Positions 55,212 through 62,488 of a DNA stretch of 64,000 bases are shown in pieces (positions within the stretch are counted from its first letter, which is position 1; every line of letters begins with the position of its first letter). The notes beneath the pieces were generated by a model. It was not told where the DNA came from, did not search any database, and was given only the letters and a program-made list of their open reading frames with translations. The stretch comes from an uncultured Simkaniaceae bacterium (GTDB lineage Bacteria > Chlamydiota > Chlamydiia > Chlamydiales > Rhabdochlamydiaceae), in NCBI GenBank assembly GCA_963791555.1, contig CAWBSQ010000005.1:3346-67345 (forward strand). Direction: 5' to 3'. The translations under genes were made by a program, and so were the position numbers.

Positions 55212-56387
55212 CTACACAGTCAGAGCCTGAGATGTTAGTTCATCAGAGATTTCTTCTACGGGTTGACCTTCAAAATCGATATAAGCAACGATCTCTTTCG
55301 GATTTGGATAGGTTTTTTCTTCAAAAAAAGCTTTCGATGCATTTTCTCTAGCTTTTTCAGAAGTCACTCTATCCGCCTTATCTTTATACTTTCGAAGAGG
55401 TATGGGTATTTCACAATATTCTTTGAAAGAATCTTTTTCCAGATGAAGCATTTTAATAATTGCAAGACGAGAAAATTCCATTAAATCAAATAAATCTTTA
55501 AGTTCTAGCTTATCAATCGGACTTTTTGTTTCTGCATTCAATACTGGAAAATCAAGTTCTTTAAGATATCCATGCAGGTCAGGGGCTCGGTGATCATGCC
55601 AAATTGACAAAAGACGAGATTTAATCTTCTCCTCCGACATTGCTTTATATCGCTGAGGTCCAGTTATTCCCTTCAAAAATAGACTAAATCGTTTTGAGAC
55701 CTTTTTATCGTGATCATGTGAAGGATTTCCGGCGAAAGAATCAATTAAAGGGAATAATTTAGAAAATGATGTGCTAGCATAGATTGAACGTTCCCATAGC
55801 GTTGCTTCAAAGAAAGCCTTCAAATTAAAATACGGACGAGCCGCTGTTTTTCTGGAGTTGAATATTTCAACAATCCGAGAAAAATAAAATCCAGCCTGCT
55901 TTAACTCTTCCTCGTTATAACAAAACTTTCCACCATTTGTATTACCAAAAAAAGGCTCAGCGCATATATTGGACCTGTGTCCAATTCTACTTGGGTGTGT
56001 ACCTACAAATCCCTCTTCTAATGTTCCATATGAAAATGCTCCTGCAATACTAATGTAGAGGGGTTTGACAAGGTATAATGCCTCGATAATAAACCAAAAA
56101 TAACGATCTCTCAGTTCTAATGGAACTCTGCTGTCAATTTTAATGCAGGTATTGCATATCCCCCTCACTAAACCATATCCTGGATATACCCAAGCAGCTA
56201 ATCCTATATGCGTTTCGACAGAAGAGCCTTTCGGAGCAGCACAAGCTAATGCATGCTGTGGAGTTAAAGTAAGGTAAATCCCAGGAGCTAATTCTATCGG
56301 GAGATTTGAAGAAAAGGACCAGTCAAATGGAAAGTTTAGAAATAGGTAGCATCTATCATCAACAGAAAATTGATCATCTAATTGCAT
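55212..56387 (-). CDS. hypothetical protein with a C-terminal HEPN-like R-x4-H-G motif (cassette gene 2)
   Basis: 391 aa. WHDH-R267-APDL-H272-G lies in a predicted helical C-terminal half. No other motif recognised. Confidence 0.6.
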   Translation of the reverse strand: MQLDDQFSVDDRCYLFLNFPFDWSFSSNLPIELAPGIYLTLTPQHALACAAPKGSSVETHIGLAAWVYPGYGLVRGICNTCIKIDSRVPLELRDRYFWFIIEALYLVKPLYISIAGAFSYGTLEEGFVGTHPSRIGHRSNICAEPFFGNTNGGKFCYNEEELKQAGFYFSRIVEIFNSRKTAARPYFNLKAFFEATLWERSIYASTSFSKLFPLIDSFAGNPSHDHDKKVSKRFSLFLKGITGPQRYKAMSEEKIKSRLLSIWHDHRAPDLHGYLKELDFPVLNAETKSPIDKLELKDLFDLMEFSRLAIIKMLHLEKDSFKEYCEIPIPLRKYKDKADRVTSEKARENASKAFFEEKTYPNPKEIVAYIDFEGQPVEEISDELTSQALTV

Positions 56388-56431
56388 TAATCCCTCTGGT
56401 TTAAAATCTTGAGGCTAACCATATCATAAAA

Positions 56432-57547
56432 TCATTTTGCAAAACCAGCATGTTGCAAAGCGCTGATCTTATTTTCTGCGTCAACCTCTTGGATGAGCTT
56501 TTGAACGTCAATCACCTCTGAAGGTTTCTTTCGATCCTTATCCACTAGAATCATTACTCCAGGGACAACTGGAATACGCTCAGGGACTGTAATCGCCAAT
56601 TCTTTTCGTTTGTGCATCCCTTCTAATATTCCATTTACGTATTTGACACCTCGAATGATCGCTTTCAGTCTTTCCTTTTGCTTCTTCCAATCGCAGGTGA
56701 TAACTCTAAGAGGGCGCCTTACTTCCTTCAAGGCAAATCCAGTGACAAGAAACTCAGCAAGATCCCCATCTAACAGCTCCCTGCCAGCTCCTCCTTTATA
56801 AAGATTAGGGCGCTTGAGCCATTGCTCCTTGGGTTTAGTACTGGTAGAGACCCCAAGTCTTTCCAGTCTGGCGAAAAGTCTAGCTCCCGAAAGATTTGAC
56901 CCGTCTTGCATCTGCATGAGATAGCTATGCAAAAGTCGCAAAAGTATATTATGCTCAAACTGTTCTACATCAGCCCCATCGCCAACACGCCCTACTAACC
57001 ATACGCGGCTCATTAGGACATGCCAAGCCAAGTGCTTTACCAACAGCTCAAAGGCAAACCCTTTGTCTCCTTGCTCCAATTCTTTTTCCCAATCCTCCAA
57101 CAAGCCTGAAATACTCAAGGCATGTTTGTGGCAAGGATTTTCTCGGCGCCATTTCACGGACTTCGCTATGATTTCCTTTCGATCGATGACCTGAAGAAAA
57201 AGGTGCTTTAAGGCTTCCATTGTCACCAGAATCTCTCTTGATAAGAAACTAATAGATTCATGTAATAGTTTGTTTACATCGGTAGGATCGCACTGCAAAG
57301 CGTCCTGCTGAAAACTTCTCAACGTACGATACAAAGCTTGCGGCATTGGGAAATAGGCATCTATCCGATCTTGATACGTTTGCGGAAACGTATCTATAAG
57401 ATTTCCCAAATGGATCTGCTCAAGAAATCCAGCAGGAGTATCAACTGTCGTGTGGTCACCCCTAAATTCAGGTATTAGCCTATCGCTTTCGCTTATCAAC
57501 CAATCCCATTTCAATTGAGTTTTGAGAATTCCTTCTCTTCCGATCAC
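56432..57547 (-). CDS. hypothetical protein (cassette gene 1)
   Basis: 371 aa from a GTG start. The frame stays open 28 codons further upstream with protein-like sequence but no start codon. 44 nt upstream of gene 2. Confidence 0.55.
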   Translation of the reverse strand: MIGREGILKTQLKWDWLISESDRLIPEFRGDHTTVDTPAGFLEQIHLGNLIDTFPQTYQDRIDAYFPMPQALYRTLRSFQQDALQCDPTDVNKLLHESISFLSREILVTMEALKHLFLQVIDRKEIIAKSVKWRRENPCHKHALSISGLLEDWEKELEQGDKGFAFELLVKHLAWHVLMSRVWLVGRVGDGADVEQFEHNILLRLLHSYLMQMQDGSNLSGARLFARLERLGVSTSTKPKEQWLKRPNLYKGGAGRELLDGDLAEFLVTGFALKEVRRPLRVITCDWKKQKERLKAIIRGVKYVNGILEGMHKRKELAITVPERIPVVPGVMILVDKDRKKPSEVIDVQKLIQEVDAENKISALQHAGFAK

Positions 57548-57719
57548 ACCAAATCGATCTCTAACACCATTATCAAAAACTAATAACCAATCGATAGTAA
57601 AACCTCTTCCTAAACCGAATTTTTCTTGAACAGAAAGAGTCTACCCAAAGTTTTCTATTACCCGCAATCGCTTGTTCCAGAATATAATTGCCTTCTTTTG
57701 CTTTGGGATTTTCCCTTAA

Positions 57720-57854
57720 TTATTTTAGAGATTCCTTACCCTTCAAATCTTTCAGCCAAGCAAAAAGACATTCTGTGGCTCGAACATCATCCTCATTATA
57801 GTTGACGATGTCCTCTAAAATCTCCCGATTGCCCATTTCAAGCCATTCCTCCAG
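57720..57854 (-). pseudogene. C-terminal remnant of an RNase H-fold 3-prime-5-prime exonuclease (YprB/PolB-exo-like)
   Basis: LEEWLEMGNREILEDIVNYNEDDVRATECLFAWLKDL matches the Exo III-type ...I..YNe.Dv.at..L..WL ending of that family. The reading frame begins exactly at the right direct repeat, which carries in-frame stops. Confidence 0.45.
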
Positions 57855-57875
57855 TTACTGGTTATGTTACGAATT
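57853..57875 (+). repeat. right 23-nt direct repeat bracketing the two-gene cassette
   Basis: See 55123-55145. About 150 nt from the 3-prime end of tRNA-Ser. Confidence 0.85.
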
Positions 57876-58023
57876 AACGATTGAGCTGGAACCCGTACCA
57901 GGAGAATGCGTAGTAGAGAATGGGAGGCTTATTGAGAACCGATCGTATTATGTACCTCATACAACCATCGAGACCCTTGCACTCCTGGATGAGGAGTACA
58001 AGGGTTCGAATTAGTTGCGTAAT

Positions 58024-58110
58024 CGGAAGAGGTAGGATTCGAACCCACGGTCGGCTTGCGCCGACTGCTGTTTTCAAGACAGCCGCATTAGGCCACTCTG
58101 CCACTCTTCC
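58024..58110 (-). tRNA. tRNA-Ser(UGA), type II with long variable arm
   Basis: GGAAGAGTGGCAGAGTGGCCTAATGCGGCTGTCTTGAAAACAGCAGTCGGCGCAAGCCGACCGTGGGTTCGAATCCTACCTCTTCCG. The acceptor, anticodon (GCTGT/ACAGC), variable (GTCGGC/GCCGAC) and T stems all pair. No encoded CCA. Confidence 0.95.
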
Positions 58111-58182
58111 TTAGAAGGAGATGATTCAGAAAAACGCTAGAGATTGTACTACATGCTATATTTTTTGGAGAGGGAAAAGATA

Positions 58183-58495
58183 CTATTTTTGTGCTCTGCG
58201 AGATGACACGAGCGACCATGCGAATGAAGAGAGCGGGACGAGAGTGCACGAGCAGCCAGCGGCTTCAAGGCGCACAGCAAAATCTAAGCGAATAGAAGTG
58301 AGCGGTTCGAACGACGAAGCGTAGTATTAGATACACGTAAGGAGGGAGGATTGATTTGGCAAAGCGGATTGAAGCTTAAGGGAGCTGTTGAAGACACGAG
58401 AAGATCCGGGGGATCTTCGTAGTGCGAAAACAGGGGGGTGTGCTTACGCAGTAGGACACACAACCCGACATGTACAATGGAAGCGCTTACACAGA
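58183..58495 (+). repeat. R-element copy R3 (about 310 bp)
   Basis: Aligned to 33551-33840 from ctatttttg.gctctgcga through cccgacatgt. Lies between the tRNA-Ser 5-prime side and the pheS terminator motif. Confidence 0.85.
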
Positions 58496-58521
58496 TTTCA
58501 TTCTAAATCTATGGAGGAAAA

Positions 58522-58544
58522 AATTTGCAAATGCTTTCTTAGAA
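58522..58544. repeat. palindromic motif copy (half unit) just downstream of pheS
   Basis: aatttgcaaatgctttcttagaa, 12 nt beyond the pheS stop. Confidence 0.8.
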
Positions 58545-58555
58545 TTTATTTCTCT

Positions 58556-59575
58556 CTAAAATTGTGAGAGGAAGCGCATGTCGTTTTCGGCGAAGAGGCG
58601 GATATCTTTGATGTCCCAACGGAGCATGGCCAACCTTTCGACGCCCATCCCCCATGCATAGCCCGAATACTCCTCAGGATCGACTCCCCCGTTGCGTAAA
58701 ACTTCAGGGTGGATCATGCCAGCACCAGCTACTTCGAGCCAGCCGCTGAACTTACAAAGCCGGCAACCTTGACCTCGACATGATATGCACTCGAGATCGA
58801 CTTCCAGTCCTGGTTCGACAAAAGGAAAATAACTAGGACGAAAACGTGTTTTGAGGGGCATGTGAAAGAGTTTACGCCAGAATTCTTCCATAGTAGAAAG
58901 CAAATCAGCAAAACTAACGCCCTTATCGATATACATGCCTTCGACTTGATGAAAGAAGACGTGTGAGCGGGCCGTTACTGTCTCGTTGCGATAAACCGTT
59001 CCGGGCATAGCTACACGAATCGGCGGACGGTGTGCTTCCATAACGCGGAGCTGCGTATTGGAGGTATGGGTACGCAAGAGAAACTGCTTATCTACGTAGA
59101 AGGTATCCTGCATATCGCGTGCGGGATGATCTGGCGGAAAGTTCAACCCTTCGAAATTGTAGTAATCGGAATCGATATCGGGCCCTAACTGTACAGAAAA
59201 ACCCATCGATCGCAATACATCGAGCACTTCTTGCATCATGCGTGAAATGGGATGCATCCTGCCAAGCCAGCGCTTGCGCCCAGGTAAAGTTACATCGATG
59301 CGCTCGTTCTCAATTTGTTTAGCAAGTTCTTGTTGGATGAATGCAGTAGAGGCTTGCTTGCAAACATTCTCGAGCTCAGTCTTGAGCTCATTGACGAGTT
59401 TACCAAATAGAGGACGTTCTTCCGCTGTGATATTGCGCAAGTCTTGCATCAGCGCTTGTACAGGTCCTTTGCGTCCTAAAAATTTGACCTGCAACTGCTC
59501 GATGTCGCGTGTATTCTCAGCTTTTTTGAGATCTTGCTCAAAGTCTTGCCGAAGTCGTTCGAAGCGATCTTGCAT
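58556..59575 (-). CDS. pheS: phenylalanine--tRNA ligase alpha subunit
   Basis: Class II motifs FPFVEPG, GAGMIHPEVL and GYAWGMGVERLAML. Confidence 0.95.
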   Translation of the reverse strand: MQDRFERLRQDFEQDLKKAENTRDIEQLQVKFLGRKGPVQALMQDLRNITAEERPLFGKLVNELKTELENVCKQASTAFIQQELAKQIENERIDVTLPGRKRWLGRMHPISRMMQEVLDVLRSMGFSVQLGPDIDSDYYNFEGLNFPPDHPARDMQDTFYVDKQFLLRTHTSNTQLRVMEAHRPPIRVAMPGTVYRNETVTARSHVFFHQVEGMYIDKGVSFADLLSTMEEFWRKLFHMPLKTRFRPSYFPFVEPGLEVDLECISCRGQGCRLCKFSGWLEVAGAGMIHPEVLRNGGVDPEEYSGYAWGMGVERLAMLRWDIKDIRLFAENDMRFLSQF

Positions 59576-59635
59576 AATGCACTTGAGAAGAAAGTGGCAC
59601 GACCTGACAATTCAGGCCATGCCATGTGTAGGTTG

Positions 59636-59992
59636 TTACGCTAGCGCTTCTTTAGCAGTGCCTGCTACAGCTGCAAAGCTATGTGGATCACGGATCGCCA
59701 TATCAGAGAGCATTTTTCGGTTGAGGGAGCAACCTGCTCTTTTGAGTCCGTTCACAAATTTGCTGTAAGAAATGCCGTTGATCTTTGCTGCTACGCTGAT
59801 GCGGACAGTCCAAAGACGACGAAAATCTCTCTTTCTTTGTTTACGATGCTTATAATTAAAGGCCATTGCTGACATTACAGCATCCGAAGTAAGCCGCAAG
59901 TGGTTTTTGCGATCTCCAACGAACCCTTTTGCCAATTTTAGCAACCGCTTTTTCCTGCGGTGCGTGGCCACGGCGTTAGTGACTCTTGCCAT
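59636..59992 (-). CDS. rplT: 50S ribosomal protein L20
   Basis: MARVTNAVATHRRKKRLLKLAKGF.G... is the typical L20 N-terminus. Confidence 0.95.
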   Translation of the reverse strand: MARVTNAVATHRRKKRLLKLAKGFVGDRKNHLRLTSDAVMSAMAFNYKHRKQRKRDFRRLWTVRISVAAKINGISYSKFVNGLKRAGCSLNRKMLSDMAIRDPHSFAAVAGTAKEALA

Positions 59993-60009
59993 GTTGAAAT
60001 CTCCAGAAC

Positions 60010-60198
60010 TTAATTAACGCCCATTAAGAGCGCGTAGGTTTTTAAATGCCCTTTGTCGACGAGCTTGTCTTTTTGCAAACTACGTTTACGTTTAGAGCTT
60101 TTGTGTGCGAGCAAGTGGCGTCGCCCAGGACTCTTGCGAATGAGCTTGCCTGTGCCCGTCACTTTAAATTTTTTGACAACCGATTTACGGGTTTTCAT
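60010..60198 (-). CDS. rpmI: 50S ribosomal protein L35
   Basis: MKTRKSVVKKFKVTGTGKLIRKSPGRRHLL... I chose the internal ATG at 60198. The longer ORF in the track would overlap infC extensively. Confidence 0.9.
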   Translation of the reverse strand: MKTRKSVVKKFKVTGTGKLIRKSPGRRHLLAHKSSKRKRSLQKDKLVDKGHLKTYALLMGVN

Positions 60199-60796
60199 CT
60201 TTGTCACTTGAACTCTCCTGATTCGATTTCTTTTCGGAAGCAACAGTAACTTGCTTTTCTGGCTTCTCAGGTTTCTCATGCTTCTCTGGCTTTTTCTTGG
60301 TTCCACCCGGAGCGATGACCACCGAAAGCGCTTTACCAAGCATTCTTGGCGGTGATTCAGGCGTACCAACGTCAGTCAGATTTTCGCACATCCTGTGCAC
60401 CGAGCGCATTCCAAATTCAGTATGAAGCATCTCACGACCACGGAAAACGCACGTGATACGAACTTTGTTTCCCTTCATAAGGAATTCCCGAGCATGCTTA
60501 AGCTTAGTCATGAGGTCATGCTCATCCGTGTTGGGTTTGAGCTTGATCTCCTTAACTTTAACCTGATGCTGCGCTTTCTTGTTTTCCTTCTCTTTTTTGA
60601 CTAGTTGATAACGAAATTTGCCATAGTCGACGATCTTGCATACGGGCGGCTCGGCATTTGGCGCAATTTCAACTAGATCCAAACCTACTTGTTCTGCTCT
60701 GGACATCGCCTCTATAAGAGGAAGGATGCCAAGCAGTTCACCATCTTTATCAAGTACTCTAACTCTGGGTGCGCGAATTTCTCTATTAATTCTCAA
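60185..60796 (-). CDS. infC: translation initiation factor IF-3 with a Lys/Glu/Pro-rich C-terminal tail
   Basis: RINREIRAPRVRVLDKDGELLGI... plus the C-domain. Apparent TTG start overlapping the stop of the upstream ThrRS-like gene. Confidence 0.9.
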   Translation of the reverse strand: MRINREIRAPRVRVLDKDGELLGILPLIEAMSRAEQVGLDLVEIAPNAEPPVCKIVDYGKFRYQLVKKEKENKKAQHQVKVKEIKLKPNTDEHDLMTKLKHAREFLMKGNKVRITCVFRGREMLHTEFGMRSVHRMCENLTDVGTPESPPRMLGKALSVVIAPGGTKKKPEKHEKPEKPEKQVTVASEKKSNQESSSDKDENP

Positions 60797-62277
60797 TGTT
60801 TCACCATGTTCACAAACTCGTCCACACTCATCGTCTCTTCTTTTTCGCTATTCGAGGTTCTCCAGGAGATCTTTTTCCATTCCTTCTCCTTAGGACCTAT
60901 GACGACGAGATAGGGAATACCTTCCTTTACCGCACCATGAACTCGCTCTTTTAGCGAGACAGATTGTGCATCGATATGGACACGTAGTCCCTCTTTTTCA
61001 AGCTGATCACGTACCTCATCGGCATAGGCTCGAAGATCAGCATGAAGGAGAAAAATCCTTACCTGCTCTTCGATGAGCTCAAAAGGAAGGGCTTTATTCT
61101 TCTGGACGACTAACGCCAAGAACCGCTCCCAAGAGCCAACTAGCGAACCAATGATGATCCACGATCCAGGCAATGATTTTGCTCTCATGATTTCAAGGGT
61201 TGGCCCAGACCACGAATATCCCTCTCCATCCATCAACCGTAATTCGAAACTCACCTGCGATGAAGCACTAGGCTCAATCGCATACTGCTCATCTACAAGA
61301 GCTTTTTGCAAAAGCGAGCTTTCAAACGACGACTGCGAGGCATACAAAACTGCCTGCATTTCAAAGCAAAAGATTTTAGGGATTTGGCGCATCAATTGCA
61401 AGGAAGAAATAATTGTTTCGAAAAGCCTAGCTTCAGGAACTACTCTGCAGAAAAGATCTTGGAATCCACACAGAGGCGTAAGAACGCCATAATCAAAAAT
61501 CTCTTGCCCATGCTCAAGATAGCATAGCTGAGCCAACTTGTCCCCACTCTTTTCCCCTTTTAAACTCTCGGCAAGTAGTAAAAAGTGCGAACGGGCGTCG
61601 TTCTTGGATACTCCTTGCGGGGTCGAAACAAAAGAAAATTTTTCTTGGAGCATGAGAGTTTCCCACAATCCCAGAAGAGCTTTCCTGGCACACTCCCCTT
61701 TCGGCCAATAGCACCATCCTTCATCGACTTGCTTTAAAAGCTTTAACTGCATAGCAAGTTGTGTTGGATCATCCATTGCATAGGGATTCAAATCTTTCTT
61801 TTTGATCTTATCTGCAGAAAGGACTCCTTTGATTCGATAGATGGCTTCTTCTTTGAATGAGCCCACCTCAATTGCCCCTACTAAGGCAAAAAATTCTCCA
61901 CCAGATGTGGTGTCTAGAAAAGAAGACAAGGGAATGGCCTGATCCGCATAGCGGAGAATCTGGACAAGGGCATTTTTTTGAGCAGGCAGTTGGCAAACTA
62001 AAAGATCTTGGCCGTGTGCTGCGAAAAGAGCCGCCGCTCCTGCTACACTCATCTCCAATTCTTCAAAGGGCTTTCTTCGCTCGATCGCCTTCTTCATCAG
62101 TTCTTCGACAAAGGGCAAAAAGCTCTCTTCCCAATCGGTATCAAGTACGACATCGACGAAAAAAAAGGCTTCATGCGTCCAAACTTTTACAAGCCTAGCT
62201 TGAGAGAATTGGTCGCAAAGAACCGAAGCTAAGACTATCGATAGCTGCTGAACTGAATATTGGGAATCGGTTTTCAA
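60793..62277 (-). CDS. threonyl-tRNA-synthetase-like protein lacking the TGS domain and apparently lacking catalytic and editing ligands
   Basis: Collinear by eye with E. coli ThrRS N2, catalytic and anticodon-binding domains (GSLVGSWERFLALVV ~ ILGSMERFIGILT; IPYLVVIGPKEKE ~ VPYMLVCGDKEVE). It occupies the thrS position upstream of infC-rpmI-rplT-pheS. Confidence 0.65.
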   Translation of the reverse strand: MKTDSQYSVQQLSIVLASVLCDQFSQARLVKVWTHEAFFFVDVVLDTDWEESFLPFVEELMKKAIERRKPFEELEMSVAGAAALFAAHGQDLLVCQLPAQKNALVQILRYADQAIPLSSFLDTTSGGEFFALVGAIEVGSFKEEAIYRIKGVLSADKIKKKDLNPYAMDDPTQLAMQLKLLKQVDEGWCYWPKGECARKALLGLWETLMLQEKFSFVSTPQGVSKNDARSHFLLLAESLKGEKSGDKLAQLCYLEHGQEIFDYGVLTPLCGFQDLFCRVVPEARLFETIISSLQLMRQIPKIFCFEMQAVLYASQSSFESSLLQKALVDEQYAIEPSASSQVSFELRLMDGEGYSWSGPTLEIMRAKSLPGSWIIIGSLVGSWERFLALVVQKNKALPFELIEEQVRIFLLHADLRAYADEVRDQLEKEGLRVHIDAQSVSLKERVHGAVKEGIPYLVVIGPKEKEWKKISWRTSNSEKEETMSVDEFVNMVKH

Positions 62278-62300
62278 ACGAAACTTAAGTTAAACAATGT

Positions 62301-62374
62301 TGGGATATAGCTGACTCGAACAGCTGACCTCCACGATGTCAACGTGGCGCTCTAACCAACTGAGCTAATACCCC
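62301..62374 (-). tRNA. tRNA-Val(GAC)
   Basis: GGGGTATTAGCTCAGTTGGTTAGAGCGCCACGTTGACATCGTGGAGGTCAGCTGTTCGAGTCAGCTATATCCCA. All four stems pair. Confidence 0.95.
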
Positions 62375-62488
62375 ATACGGTTGAGAGCAGAGATTCTACC
62401 TTAGCATAGCAATTTTGACAAGAACTTGGTTTCTCTTTAGAGTTCTTATCGATAAACTTCTTTTCTCGGCGACACTCAAATTAGGACT

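Noticed and set aside
58003-58011. GGTTCGAAT box on the plus strand abutting the 3-prime end of tRNA-Ser
   Set aside because: The flanks (AAGGG...TAGTT) cannot form a T-stem and no cloverleaf can be drawn. It could be a decayed tRNA remnant, but I cannot support that.
59238-59768. 176-aa plus-strand ORF antisense to pheS/rplT (similar antisense ORFs at 26263..26779, 12194..12568, 36696..37058)
   Set aside because: All are nested opposite strongly supported conserved genes and have Ser/Arg/Cys-rich, non-protein-like composition.
60199-60369. 119-aa extended version of the L35 ORF
   Set aside because: The extension is translated from the infC coding region in another frame and is highly basic low-complexity sequence. 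L35 proteins are about 62-66 aa and start MKTRKS-like.
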